This document shows, piece after piece, positions 28,268 through 42,900 of a DNA stretch of 64,000 nucleotides; positions within the stretch are counted from its first letter, which is position 1; the number at the start of each line of letters is the position of its first letter. This DNA comes from Eledone cirrhosa (taxonomy: Eukaryota): contig OZ024744.1 in assembly GCA_964016885.1 (NCBI GenBank), forward strand, positions 70,804,001 through 70,868,000, given 5' to 3'. The position numbers and the translations under genes are program-made. The notes under the pieces are model-generated. The model had not been told where the DNA came from, did no database searches, and saw only the letters and a program-made list of their open reading frames with translations.

Positions 28268-28769
28268 TATATATATATATACATGTATGTATGTATATAT
28301 ATACAAGTATATACATACATACATACATACATACATACTTACATACATATATAGATACATACATACATACATACATACATACATACATACATACATACAT
28401 ACATACATACATACATACATACATACATACATACAGAGAAAAATACAGTGAAGGCGCATGGCTTAGTGGTTAGAGCATTGTGTTCGATTCTCTGATTCTA
28501 GGTGCAAATGAATGGTCATTAGTGACCTTTGAGGGCCGTTATATATATATATACACAGACACACGCATATATGTATACATATATGTATATATGTATACAT
28601 ATACACACGCATATATGTATACATATACACACGCATATATGTATACATATATATATAGCGTATCTTAATTTCATAAAAACTACCCAAATTTTGTAGAGCT
28701 CTCAATCAGAGGGTCGAGTTATAAAATATAAGTATTACACTTACTATTACAATAAGATGGATAGATGAT

Positions 28770-29340
28770 TTGTCGTCAATGAAACACGAATATCCAGACA
28801 ATTATGTTTGTATAATAAATAATTATATATATAATAATAAGCAACTAAACCATCCCAAACTTTTAGATACTGAATGTAATAGTAGTAATGATATTGATGA
28901 TAATAATGAACTGATTTATGATGCTGATAACACTTGTAGGCTGTTTAATATAAATAACGCTTTATCTTACGATTGTATTACAGTAAATAGACTTCCGAAT
29001 ACTAATATTCCAGTAGCTAATTGTAATTGTGGGGTCTCAGATTCTTGCCCAATTAGGAGTCATTGTTAAAACTAATGTTGTATTTAAGTGTGAGGTCTCA
29101 ACACATGATAAATCATATAATTACATAGGTACAAATGCAAATAATTTTAAAACTGGATTTTATCCACATTTACATTCTTTTAAGGATGGAAAATTACAAA
29201 AATATCCTGCTTCCTTAGCTAAATTAATCTAAAGTCTAAAAAGTGATAAATATAAGATACACGTTTAAATAGGATATTATTAATCCTGCAAAACCGCACG
29301 GAGGCGGTAGATCGAAATGTAGTCTTTGTCTTTTAAAATT
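28770..29340 (+). pseudogene. Degenerate Naiad GIY-YIG fragment
   Basis: CNCGVSDSCP, NVVFKCEV..YNYIGT..FK..HLHSFKD, with frameshifts. Confidence 0.7.
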
Positions 29341-29341
29341 A

Positions 29342-29461
<120 letters not shown>

Positions 29462-30665
29462 CAAAAACATGGGGGGAAGAATACTGCATGGTTGCACATG
29501 GATTACATATTATAAAATTAGTCCCTCATCAGTGATTTGCCAACCCTCATTGGTATTTCATCGCATTAAAAATCAGATATCTCAGGTTGGTGCGAGCAAT
29601 AACTAAAATAAGCTATTGGGACAAGTGAAATGCGTAAAGCGAGTGAGACAAGTAAACAACAGAAGGAAAAGCAAACTGAAGGTTGGGAAAACAGCAAGCC
29701 ACATGATAGTTATCCGATCAGCATAAGCTGGGTGAATTTCATGAGCGGTCAGAGAAGCAGACCGTACCCCGTGAGTGCGGTGTGAGAAAGAAGGAACCCC
29801 ACTACTAGCGAACGGGAGGAAGTGAGAAGGGGAGAAACAGAGAGTGAGTGAGTGGAAGTGCGAGGAAGAGGTCAGTCGAGAGAAAGTGTTAACTGACAGA
29901 GGGGACGAAAAAAGGTAAGAGAAACAGAGAGAACGGGGGAGCAGTAAGAGAGAAAGAGAGTAACAGATAATCGCAGTTTAGGTAAATATATATGAAAAAC
30001 ATGGGGAGAAGAATACTGCATGGTTGCACATGGATTACATATTATGAAATTAGTCCCTCATCAGTGATTTTGCCAACCATCATTGGTATTTCGTCGCATT
30101 AAAAATCAGATACCTCAGGTTGGTGCGAGCAATAACTAAAATAAGCTATTGGGACAAGTGAAACGCGTAAAGCGAGTGAGACAAGTAAACAACAGAAGGA
30201 AAAGCAAACCGTAGGTTGGGAAAACAGCAAGCAACATGATGGTTATCCGGTCAGCATAACCTGGGTGAATTTCATGAGCGGTCAGAGAAGCAGACCGTAC
30301 GCCGTGAGTGCGGTGTGAGAAAGAAGGAACCCCACTACTAGCGAACGGGAGGAAGTGAGAAGGGGAGAAACAGAGAGTGAGTGAGTGGAAGTGCGAGGAA
30401 GAGGTCAGTCGAGAGAAAGTGTTAACTGACAGAAGGGACGAAAGAAGGTAAGAGAAACAGGGAGAACGGGGGAGCAGTAAGAGAGAAAGAGAGAAACAGA
30501 TAATCGCAGTTTAGGTAAATATATATGAAAAACATGAGGAGAAGAATACTGCATGGTTGCACATGGATTACATATTATAAAATTAGTCCCTCATCAGTGA
30601 TTTTCCAACCATCATTGGTATTTCGTCGCATTAAAAATCAGATACCTCAGGTTGGTGCGAGCAAT
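29462..30665. repeat. Tandem repeat of a ~533-bp unit (~2.25 copies)
   Basis: aaaaacatgg..gaagaatactgcatggttgcac recurs at ~29463, ~29995 and ~30528. Confidence 0.92.
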
Positions 30666-31912
30666 TATTCATAATATTAATAAATGAAGACATTCACATA
30701 ATCAAACTATATGTTTTATTATATATATTTCGAAGGTACTGTGCTGTTTTTTCAGTACGTCCTCGTCAGTTAAAATACATGAATTGATGTATGACATACC
30801 TCAACGGTCTTGATGGTTCAATTCCAGTATTGCCAGTGATTTATTACAACAAATCTCAACGTTTATATACCACAAATAATAACATGATAAACTTAAATTT
30901 AATGAAGAAGAGGATGTGGAGCGAGAAATAGGTATAAGGAGGGGGTGAGTATGAGGAAATGCAAGAAGAAAATAAATAAATACATACATACATAAATATT
31001 TAAATGCGTAAATATACTTATTAGGGAAGAAAAAGGGAGAGAAAGAGAGAAGAGAGAGAAGAAGAAAGAAAAAGAAAAAAAGAAAGAAAGATAAATGATG
31101 TGTGACCGTTGCTTTCAAATATGAAGTCAAATAGAAGCGACCAATTAAATCCATGAATTGTTTTAATATCTTTTGTATTTGGTTATGTTTAAGCTAATTA
31201 AACTAATATATTATATCAAAATTAAACGATATAAAAATATTTTCTATAGCAATCAGAACCATAATGTAATTAAGTAATATATTTACTAAATATTTTGTTA
31301 CAATATTCAAAAACATTTTTATCTTTAAAGCAAGTTTAAATACATATTAAATATGTATAAGGATATTTACTAAAACCCCTGCATAAACCAAATACAAAAG
31401 ATATTAAAAAATTTCATAGTATTTAATTGGTCGCTTCTAATTGACGTAATATTTGAAAGCAACGGTCACACATCATTTATCTTTCTTTCTTTTTTTCTTT
31501 TTCTTTCTTCTTCTCTCTTCTATCTTTCTCTCTCTCTCTCCCTTTTTCTTCCTTAATAAGTATATTTACGTATTTAAATATTTATGTATGTATGTATTTA
31601 TTTATTTTCTTCTTGCATTTCCTCATACTCACCCCCTCGTTATACCTATATCTCGCTACACATCCTCTTCTTCATTAAATTTAAGTTTATCATGTTATTA
31701 TTTGTGGTATATAAACGTTGAGATTTGTTGTAATAAATCACAGCTAATACTGGAATTGAACCATCAAGACCGTTGAGGTATGTCATACATCAATTCATGT
31801 ATTTTATCTGACGAGGACGTACTGAAAAAACAGCACAGTACCTTCGAAATATATATAATAAAAACATATTTTGATTATGTGAATGTCTTCATTTATTAAT
31901 ATTCTGAATAAT
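30664..31912. mobile_element. Family G PLE terminal repeat as a fold-back (arms ~30664-31187 and ~31382-31912)
   Basis: The arms are reverse complements. Homologous to 41020-41620 and 44400-45090, which flank a Naiad ORF. Confidence 0.85.
31802..31863 (+). ncRNA. Hammerhead ribozyme, family G (mirror copy at 30714-30775, minus)
   Basis: ttttat-CTGACGA-ggacgtactgaaaaaacagcacagtaccttc-GAAA-tatata-TA-ataaaa. Confidence 0.8.
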
Positions 31913-32075
31913 ATTAATAACTCCAGAAAACTTCCTTGTAGAGTGCTTTTAATCTATTGTAAAACTATATTCATTGAGTAATCAATGAAGCATATTAATC
32001 TTTGGTTATATATATATATATAAGAGAGTATTGAAGTTTGCTTGAAGCATTGTGGAATAATAAGGTAAATTTCTT

Positions 32076-32611
32076 TAAGTCGTTTGGAAGCCTCGACAAT
32101 GCAAATGGGTAAATCTCCGGGTAACAAGATCCGGTGGTGGAGAGAGAGATGTAAGTGGGTGTACGTTGAGATGCGTGGCGTGTATAAGACGTGTAGAGGA
32201 ATGAAGGAAAGAGCGTAAAGGATAAAAATAAAAATAACAACACGAGAGAGAGTTACCTTGGGAGATTGGGAGAGATTTAATTGTCCCTATATATTTCTGA
32301 TTCACATCCATCAACTGGTTTTTTTTTCGGGGGGGGGGGGGGGGTCTGTCGGAAAGGTGCGAAACGTGTCCTCCGCTGTTCGTTGTTTTGAATATCTGAG
32401 GTATTCAGAAGAGCGCGCGTGCGCGTGAAATGAGGTCGGTCAGGCAGATGTCAGCGGCCGAAGTAGTTCTTTCAATTGTGGGAGTGGGGTGGCGCTAGCT
32501 GTCAGTCCATTCTCTGCCTGTTTGGTGAATGTTACTGTGTGTGTGTGTGTGCGTGTGTTGTTGCCTTGTTCCTCTGTATTGGCAGTGTAGTATGTTCGTG
32601 TGGTGGAATGC

Positions 32612-32647
<36 letters not shown>

Positions 32648-34153
32648 GTTGCTGTCTCGCTTGTGTGTGTGTGTGCGTGTGTTGCTGCATCGTTTGTTAA
32701 CTTAAACCAACCACCTCATTTCGCTTCTCTCTGATCGGTTGTTTAATTGTGGCCCTAGGCGTTTGATCCAAAGTGCTTCCTTGATAGCCTGCAGGGACCT
32801 GTCGTCCACTACAAGTCCGCCCTCCCTAACAGTGCCAAAAGAGGATACATCACGAACGAGTTCGCGCGAATCATGAACAGATGCAGCGATCCCGCAAGTG
32901 GTGTCACTCATACCAAGCGATTCCTCGAGGTGCTGGAGACGAACGGGTACCCTGCCTCGCTCACAGACAGAGTAGGAGACACCAGACACAAGAGACAGAG
33001 AGGCACCCAAGGCAAGTGCTTCCTTAAAATTCCACACCTGGGCGAGAATACCACCAACGCTATCCACAAGGCTATACGGAGGAAGGGCCTCGACATCCAC
33101 CTGGCCCACTCGGGCCCCTCCCTGCGAAGATGCCTCTCCAGGAAACCCGGGAAATCAACTGACGCGTGCTCCCTCAGAGACTGCCCGATACGCTATGCGA
33201 ACTGTTGCCTACGCACATACGTCGTGTATAAGATAGAATGTAACAAGTGCGACCAATACTATATAGGTAGCACAATCCGGCCGTTGCACATCCGGATCAA
33301 GGAACATACTAAAACCAGGGCCTCGTCTTTCCGGAAACACATAGCCAAATGCGGAAACAAAGACGGAAGGCCCATTGTCACAATTCTAGCGACAGAAAGA
33401 AACGTCGGCACGTTACGTATCAAGGAAGCACTTTGGATCAAACGCCTAGGACCACAATTAAACAACCGATCAGAGAGAAGCGAAATGAGGTGGTTGGTTT
33501 AAGTTAACAAACGATGCAGCAATACACGCACACACACACACACACACAAGCGAGACAGCAACACACGCACACACACACACAGTAGCATTCCACCATACGA
33601 ACATACTACACTGCCAATACAGAGGAACAAGGCAACAACACACGCACACACACACACACTCAAGCGAGACAACAACACACGCACACACACACACACACAC
33701 ACAGTAACATTCACCAAACAGGCAGAGAATGGACTGACAGCTAGCGCCACCCCACTCCCACAATTGAAAGAACTACTTCGGCCGCTGACCTCTGCCTGAA
33801 CGACCCCATTTCACGCGCACGCGCGCTCTGCTGAATACCTCAGATATTCAAAACAATGAACAGCGGAGGACATGTTTCGCACCTTTCCGGCAGACAACCT
33901 CCCCCCTCTGGAAAAAACCCCAGTTGATGGATGTGAATCCGAAATATATAGGGACAATTAAATCTCTCCCAAGGTAACTCTCTCTCGTGTTGTTATTGTT
34001 ATTTTTATCCTTTACGCTCTTTCCTTCATTCCTCTACACGTCTTATACACGCCACGCATCTCAACGTATACCCACTCACATCTCTCTCTCCACCACCGGA
34101 TCTTGTTACCCGGAGATTTAACCATCTGCATTGTCGAGGCTTCCAAACGACTT

Positions 34154-34154
<1 letters not shown>
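32076..34154 (+). mobile_element. 5'-truncated Penelope-like element (non-Naiad, GC-richer) with an inverted copy of its 3' end
   Basis: 32076-32786 is the reverse complement of 33418-34154, with the ORF between the arms. Confidence 0.88.
32790..33502 (+). CDS. PLE RT thumb plus Cys-rich linker and GIY-YIG endonuclease (partial)
   Basis: HYKSALP..K..RIMNRCS..NGYP..CSLRDCPIRYANCC..VVYKIECNKCDQYYIGSTIRPLHIRIKEH..KEALWI..PQLN. Confidence 0.88.
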
Positions 34155-34198
<44 letters not shown>

Positions 34199-34203
<5 letters not shown>

Positions 34204-34362
34204 AACCAGTAAGACCCCGACGGCTGAGCTCAAGCCGTCGAAACGGCTTGAGCTCAGCCGTCGGGGTCTTACTGGTTCCTATTACCCACTCTACTACTCC
34301 AAGTATTGAGTACTTTGGTGCGTTATGGTCCACCTGGTTCCTTACCACATTTCCTTCGTTAT
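34199..34362. repeat. Family E palindrome plus tail between (TA)n tracts
   Basis: taggaaccagtaagaccccgacggctgagctcaagccgt-cgaa-acggcttgagctcagccgtcggggtcttactggttccta. Confidence 0.9.
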
Positions 34363-34720
34363 ATATATATATATATATATATACGTTTTTCCGGGTTGAA
34401 TCAGAGGTAACCACAGTAAGTAAGGTACTCAATACATTGCAGAGTATAAAAGTTTTAATATAGTTGAGATTCTACTGGACTAGAACTGTTTCATTCTTTA
34501 GAAATCATCAATGAAACAGTTCTAGTCCTGTAGAATCTCAACTATATTAATATATATATATATATATATATAATTATATATATATATATATAATGGAAAA
34601 CGAAGAATCGGTGATGCATCGGAACACAATTTATTTCCTATTACAATTGATTCTCCGGCGAACAACTCGAGGTGCGATCTGTTTGTGGCATACCGCCTAT
34701 GGACGCATCCTAGCACACAC

Positions 34721-34935
<215 letters not shown>

Positions 34936-34940
34936 GAAAC

Positions 34941-34989
34941 GCTTCTACAGGACTAGGATTGTTTCATTCGGGAGAAATCATCAGGAAGC
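34941..34989 (-). ncRNA. Hammerhead ribozyme, family F
   Basis: gcttc-CTGATGA-tttctcccgaat-GAAA-caatcctagtcctg-TA-gaagc. Confidence 0.75.
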
Positions 34990-35321
34990 CGACTGTCCAA
35001 GTAATGTGGTGGTATTTATATCTTTTCTGGTAGTAGGAGAAGGGGGTGATTGAGAAGGGGGGGGGGGGGGGGGTCATTGGTTGATGTATAACGTACTTGA
35101 ATTGTGCCTCTATGTGTGTATATATATATGTGTGTGTGTGTGTATGTATATATATGTGTATGTGTATATATATATGTGTGCGTGTGTATGTGTGTGTGTA
35201 TGTATGTATATGTGTATGTGTGTATGCGTATATATGTATGTGTGTGTATGTGTATCTATACGTATGTATGTGTCTATATGTATGCATATATATGTATACA
35301 CACACACACATACACATATAT

Positions 35322-35480
<159 letters not shown>

Positions 35481-35599
35481 CTAGCTGGCCCTTCCGGCTG
35501 GCGCCCGGCTACCATTGGCGTCTTCCACGGCATCCAGATATATATATATATAGCTGACGTACCTAGCCTCGCTTTGATAAACAGACGATAAGCCGTCTG

Positions 35600-35925
35600 T
35601 GTAGTATAGTATTACTGTTGAAAATATATAGTACAGTAATACTGTTGAAAATATAGAGTATAATATTACTGTTGAAAACACATAGTATAGTATAGTATTA
35701 CCGTTGAAAATATATAGTACAGTATTACTGTTAAAAATATATAGTATAGTATTACTGTTGAATATATATAGTATAGTATAGTATTAATGTTGAAAATATG
35801 GTACCGTATTACTATTGAAAATATATAGTACAGTACATTATTACTGTTGAAAATATATAGTATAGTATGACTGTTGAAACTATACTATATTTCATATAGT
35901 ATAGTTTTACTGTTGAAAATATTTA
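35600..35925. repeat. Minisatellite, ~26-31-bp unit (agtattactgttgaaaatatatagtat)
   Basis: About 11 tandem degenerate copies. Confidence 0.9.
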
Positions 35926-36100
35926 CACGAATATATAATTATATATTTATATATATAATTAATTAAAAGTTGGTTAGAAGCGAAGTCAATACAGACAGGC
36001 AGACATACAGACAGATATTATAAGCGCGTGACGTTATAGCTATGTATCTATCTAAAAAGACAGAGTAAGAAAGAGAGAGGAATGTCGTATTATATATATT

Positions 36101-36466
36101 ATCTATACTATAAAGCTGACGACCGTATGTAGGTAACAGACTTTCCGCCAAACGGATGGACCAAACATCACAAAATTTGCACCATAGATGTACTTTTTCC
36201 AAATAAAAAGGTGAGAGTATTTTCGTCTACTGACTTTTGCTGAAAGATTAAAGGCTTTATTTAAATATTCGCTTCTTTAAAATGTCAACACTTCCGGTTA
36301 TACGACATTCCTAACGTCTTCACGAACCAAAGTATCATCTTCCTGTTTTCTTTCGGCTGTAACGTTTTTCGAAATATTTACTTCTGCGATTGATTTTTTT
36401 AGTTTTAGAAGATCCTGTTAAGGGTGAAAGCAGCAATTCTTTGCTTATTCTTTAATCTGTCTGTTA

Positions 36467-36535
<69 letters not shown>

Positions 36536-37783
36536 GTGTTCAGATATTTTTGCATACACAAAAACAAAATATAAACAAACGTATTTATTTCACGAAAGCA
36601 CATTGTTACTGCCGATATGCCACCCAAAAAGTCCTAGCCTGGCCGTAAGATAAGATTTTCCAGAAGAAAAAATGTTACTAGAGCAACAGCTTCGCGATTA
36701 CCATCAACAAAGCTCAAGGTCAAACCCTAAAAGTGGCTGGCCTTCATCTGGGAAAACCATGGTCAATTGTATGTAGGATGCTCTAGGGTGAGCTCGCCAA
36801 ACAATCTCTTCATCTTTGCTCCCGAGGACCGAACAAAAAATATTGTATACTCTGAGGCTCTAACAATGTAATTTATGTATTTTCTGTTACTTGGAATTTC
36901 ATGGTTGTACAAATTATTGTAAAGTTTGTTAAACAATTTGTTCTTTGTTCAACCTTTATTGTTGTAACTATCAACTTTCTTTAACGTACTGGCTGCTGAA
37001 CAGGGGAATCCTAAAAACTATTCAAACCCAACATCAGAGCACGTTAACCCCCCCCCCCCATCGCTGACTTGAGAGAGCGTGCGGTGTCTTTGCACTGAAG
37101 TGGAGGGGGTATTCCTGAAAAGATAAAATGCCGGTAAACCTAGCCGTATATATAGAGAGAGAGAGGGAGGAGAGATAAAGAAGGAAGAGAAGAGGAAGGA
37201 GAGAAGGAGAAAAGAAACCTACAATGAAAGAACATCTTAAAGTTTACCCAAGCCAAATGTATTTATTAATATTTCTCTTTGCAGGTTCTTAGCAAGCTTA
37301 CTCGCGCTTTAGTATGGTATTCGATTCTCATATCGTTTTTGATTGATATGGTGCATATATCGCAGCTATTCATATGTTTTAAATATTAGATAATGATTGC
37401 TGATGTACGACAGAATTAGCTGGAAAATATTTTGAATGAACAAATAAAAGAGATATAGTAACCTATACATAATATAAAAGAGATATGTTTGTTGGTTGGT
37501 TCCTTCGAGTATCACACGAAAAAAAACGAAAAGTGACAATCGGAAAGTATGGACAGGATTGGGATAAGAGTATATCCAGGAAAGTTTATTGATACTAATT
37601 TTATAACACCAAAGAAGAAGAAAGACATTCCACGTATGCTAACCAACCTGACTACTATTTCTAGCAGGTTGCGAATCAACCATAAGGGATTCTCTCTGCG
37701 AGTTCGTTGTCAGTGATGATCGTGTTTCGCGGCCTATGTCTCCGATTCCAACGGTGGTTTACACACACACACACACACACACG

Positions 37784-37849
<66 letters not shown>

Positions 37850-37998
37850 CACAGGCACACATAAATATATACACAAACACACAAAAACACACACACACAC
37901 ACTATAAACAAGACAATACATTCAATACAGACGTTTTCTCTTCTGCCGGTCTTCTCTTATTATTTGTTAACCTTGGCGAAGCTGGGTACCTCAGCTAG
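36101..37998 (+). mobile_element. Deleted Helitron carrying a Pif1-helicase C-terminal remnant
   Basis: 5' TCtatactataaag; helicase fragment at 36691-36871; 3' ccttggcgaagctgggtacctcagCTAG. Confidence 0.65.
36691..36871 (+). pseudogene. Helitron RepHel Pif1 helicase C-terminus
   Basis: FAITINKAQGQTLKVAGLHL..HGQLYVGCSRV..RTKNIVYSEAL*, with one frameshift. Confidence 0.85.
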
Positions 37999-38581
37999 TA
38001 TATAAAAAGTACCAGTAATGTACTGGGATAATTGCTGGCCTTGTGCCAAAAGTAGAAACAATTATACTTCTTTTTTATACAACTGTAAATAACATGTTTA
38101 TGTATGTATATATATGTATAAAGGAATGCTGTAATAAAATGTTCAAATTAAACTGTCTCTTATTTATGATACTAACACTATATATATATATATATACTCA
38201 CTATATATATACACACACTATATATACATATACACACACACACAGAGATAGCGAAGTCAATGTACAGAATGGTTTTAATAATGCAGACAGCCAGACATAC
38301 AGAGACATTATAAGGGCGCGACGTTATAGCTATGTATCTATCTAAAATGACAGACTAAGAAAGAGAAAGGAATGTCGTATAACCGGAGGTGTTGACATTT
38401 GAAAATTTTAAAGAAGTGAATATTTAAATAATATCTTTAATCTTTTAACAAAATTTAGTAGACAAAATACGGTCACTTTCTTACTTGGAAAAAGTTACAT
38501 CTATGGTGCTAATTTGGTTCTGTTTGGTTCAGCGGTTTGGCGGAAAATGTTGTTACATTCATACGGTCGTCAGCTTTATTA

Positions 38582-38688
<107 letters not shown>

Positions 38689-38992
38689 TGTGTGTGTGTG
38701 TGCATGTATATATATGTGTGCATATATATATATATATGTGTGTGTATGTGTATATGTATATGTGTATGTGTATGTATGTGTATATATATGTATATATATG
38801 TATGTATATATGTATGTATATGTGTGTATGTGTGTATATGTATATATGTATGTATATATATGTATATGTATATATGTGTATATAATAGTAATAATAATAA
38901 ATGCAAAGACTAAAATCCGAATATATGATAAAAATATATATACATGTGTGTATATATGTATGTATGCGTATGTGTATGTATGTGTACACATC

Positions 38993-39039
<47 letters not shown>

Positions 39040-39044
<5 letters not shown>

Positions 39045-41000
39045 TACATGAATCAAAGTTCTGTTTAAACCATTTATTCGCTTACAATTGTTTCTTCCAA
39101 ACCGAGGTTTGGAGTCTTCGGAGCAATTTTTCAATGATTTTTTACATACTTGACCTCCTTTCCAACACAAGAGACATATAGAACCATATGTATATATTGA
39201 TGCACAGTGGGTTGACATCCATTATAATATTATAGCATTACAATTTATATACAAAGATTAAAGTCATATTAAAGGACAAAATTAAAGTTAAAATACAACA
39301 TTGGTAGTTTACGAAGATAAAGCAACCTTAGTATTACCATGGACAAAAACACTAAAAAACACTAAAAACACAAAAACACTAAAAACGTTAACTTCCTAGA
39401 CGCCACCCTCTACCTAGACTAGACATATATACACTTTCCACAAACCTAATGAAAAACTCATTTACGTAGATACCAAGTCTAACCACCCTAGATCAATATT
39501 AAACTCTATCTCTAAGGGAGTATCCAATAGAATCTGTAAACATATTTAGCAAAAACTCGCAATATTATAATCAGGCGTTAGCTAGATCAGGCCATAATAT
39601 AGAGATCGAGTTCCTACCTACAAAAACACATAGCTACAACATTATTTCGCACAACATGTCCATGAGGAAATTTAGTAATAGGAATAGCAACCACAGACAC
39701 ACTAATAAGGAGGATGCCAACAAAAGTAACCCACACCACAGAAATTACCATAGTACCATAAAAAGAAACAACTCACCAGACATAAAAAACAAAAATAGAA
39801 GAAGAAATAATACATTTTTCAACCCTCCTTTCAATCTAAACGTCTCTACCAACCTACCTAGGGCTTTCCTCTCACTACTAGATAAAAACTTCCCACCTGG
39901 CCAGAAGTACCATAGCCTTTTAAACAAAAACACCATTAAAATCTCATACTCTACTACGCCTAACATAGCATACCACATAGCTAGTAGCAATAAAACAAAA
40001 ATTAATTCTTACTTCCAACAAACTAAATCACAACAGACGATAAACCTTCAAAATAACATTATATCAACTAACCCTAATAACAATAGAAATAGTAATAGCA
40101 CTAGTGTAAGCAATAACGCTGGGAACGACAACCGCCAGCACCATAATCCTATAGCTACCATCCAGACTTCTACACAACATAATAACCGGCAGACTAACAC
40201 CCAGAATAATTGTAACTGTAGATCAAATAGAACCTGCCCTTTAGATTAAAAATGCTTAATCAAGGATATCATATACTCATGCACCGTCACAACTAGCAAC
40301 TCTTCTGAAACCTATATAGGCTCTACTTCGAACTGCTTCAAAACCAGATACAATTCGCACCTCCACTCTTTCAAAAAACACAGTCTAGCCAACTCCACTT
40401 CACTATCTCGCTACATACACTATATAAAAACTAAAAATAAATCATATACACTTAAATGGGAAGTGATAGGTAACGCGACATCGTACAAACCACCTAATGA
40501 ATTTTGTAACCTCTGTCTACTAGAGACCCATACTATTATCTTCTCAAACCATAACCTCCTTCGTAAACTACCAATGTTGTATTTTAACTTTAATTTTGTC
40601 CTTTAATATGACTTTAATCTTTGTATGTAAATTGCCATGCTAAAATATTATAATGGATGTCAACCCACTGTGCATCAATATTATATATGTTTCTGTATGT
40701 CTCTTGTGTTGGAAAGGAGGTCAAGTATGTAAAAAAATCATTGAAAAATTGCTCCGAAGACTCCAAACCTCGGTTTTGAAGAAAGAATTGTAAGCGAATA
40801 AATGGTTTAAACACAACTTTGATTCATGTAATTTCTATATAACTGCTCTGTAGAACAACTGATGTTATTACATTGAACTATTTATCTTACTGGTAATAAG
40901 GTAGTAATAAATTACTGTCTTTCACTATTTAGGGTTTAAAGTATATATAACTATAAAAGGTTTTAGTATATACATAACCATAAATAGTATCCTTAATACT
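39040..41000 (+). mobile_element. 5'-truncated Naiad PLE with inverted family A termini; HHRs at 39076-39128 (-) and 40747-40799 (+)
   Basis: Coding remnant at ~39380-40560 (NFLDATL, SNHP, FFNPPFN, CNCRSNRTCPL, TYIGST). 39040-39316 is the reverse complement of 40560-40835. Confidence 0.88.
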
Positions 41001-42900
41001 ATATATATATATATATATATATTATTCAAAATATTAACACATGAAGGATATTCACATAATCAAAATATATGCTTTATTATATATATTTCAAAGGTACTGT
41101 TTTGTTTTTTCAGTACGTCTTCATCAGATAAAATATATGATTTGATGTATGACATACCGCTACGGTCTTGATTATACAATTCCAGTATTAGCAGTGATTT
41201 ATTTCGTCAAATCTCAATGTTTGTATACCACTAATAATATGATAAACTTAAAGAAGAAAAGGACGTAGAGCAAATTAGAGATATGAGAGAGGATGTAAAT
41301 AGGAGGAAAGGCAAGAAAAAATAAGTAAATACATACATAAATATATACATAAATAGATAAATGAATAAAAAATAAAAGATAAAAGGATGAATGAGTAAAA
41401 GAAATATATAAAAAAGAAAAGAGGAATAACGACAAAAGAGGGAAGGTGTAAGGAAAGTAAAGGGAATAGAGGGGGTAAAGAAAATAAAGAAAAGAAAGAT
41501 AGAGAAAAAACCGTTGTTTTCAAATACTGGATCAAATAGGACATCCAATCAATTCAACTAAACAATTGAATATCTTTTGTATTTGATTATGCCTTAGCTA
41601 ATTATACTTATATATTATATCAAAATTAATCAGTATAGATTATTTTCTATAGCAATCACATATATAGTTTAATTAAAAATTTATATAATTTAATTTAACT
41701 CATTATAGATTATTATTTTTAATTTTAAGATAAGATATTCTATAAATATTTTGTTACAACTTTAAAAGAATTAATCATTAAAGCGTATTTGAATAATTAT
41801 TACATATGTATTAAAATCTAATACCATACATAAGTCACCATCAATACATATAATATATTTAGATCATATATTACTCAAATTATTTAATTATGATATTCTC
41901 TTTTTTAAATCTTCACTATTCTTTAATTTTCATTTAATTTCTAGGATTAAACTGCAGTTACATTTACTCACAAAAGTTAATTTCATTAATTTACTGAAGG
42001 TTATATTTACTTCTGCATTTACTTATTTATATAGTTTCATTTTAATGATAGTCTGTATATTATTAGTCTACATATTTCAAAACTAATAAAATTCAGCAAG
42101 CTAGACAAAAGGAAGGAAATTTTACGAACAATGTAAACAAAAGGAAGATAACTCATTCACCATATACAAACATTTATAACATATCTCTACTCACACATTA
42201 CGCGATATTTCGAAAACCATAAATCATCTATTGCAAATATCATAAAATATGTCTAGTTAGATATTGAACTGTCCTAATCAAAACAGGAAAACGAGACTCT
42301 TAATAAAATAATTCTAATACATATAAATATCAATAAATTATTACCACAATAAGGCAAAAACATATATATATTAAATTATTAATTGTCAATATTTTTTTGA
42401 AACTTGTACAATGCTTGGAACGTTTAACCAATTTTATGGTGACAACTACTGAATAATTCGTTTTTTTGTTGTTGATTAAATTGTCATAATTTGTACTTAT
42501 CTGTAGAGTCTCGAAATTACAAAGATTGCAATTTTGCGAAATAGAAGCGTTCTGATAGGAATTGGCTTTTCTTTAATTTGGTCCAAGAGATGGAGTATTT
42601 AATATTATTGTCCTTTAAAGACCATATTAATTGCGAAAGTGAAGTTGAAAATTTCTTATCTGGTTTAGTAAAAGACTGTCTATGATTATACCAACGTTCC
42701 TTAAACTTAGATGAAGTGGCACCAATATAGTTATATATATTATTATTTGTCTTAATGGTACATTTATATACTATATTCTTGTCAAGGCATTATTTTGTAA
42801 AGGACATTCGGACTTCTTTCTACAATTACATTTCTTCTCAATGTTATTTCCAGACCTTAAACTATTCACATTATTATTTACAGGTGTTCTACTATTATTA

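Noticed and set aside
32702-33109. Minus-strand 135-aa ORF ending like the GIY-YIG protein
   Set aside because: It is an artefact of the inverted arm fused to antisense ORF sequence.
35600-35925. CRISPR-like array
   Set aside because: The repeats are contiguous without unique spacers, the context is eukaryotic and there are no cas genes; it is a minisatellite.
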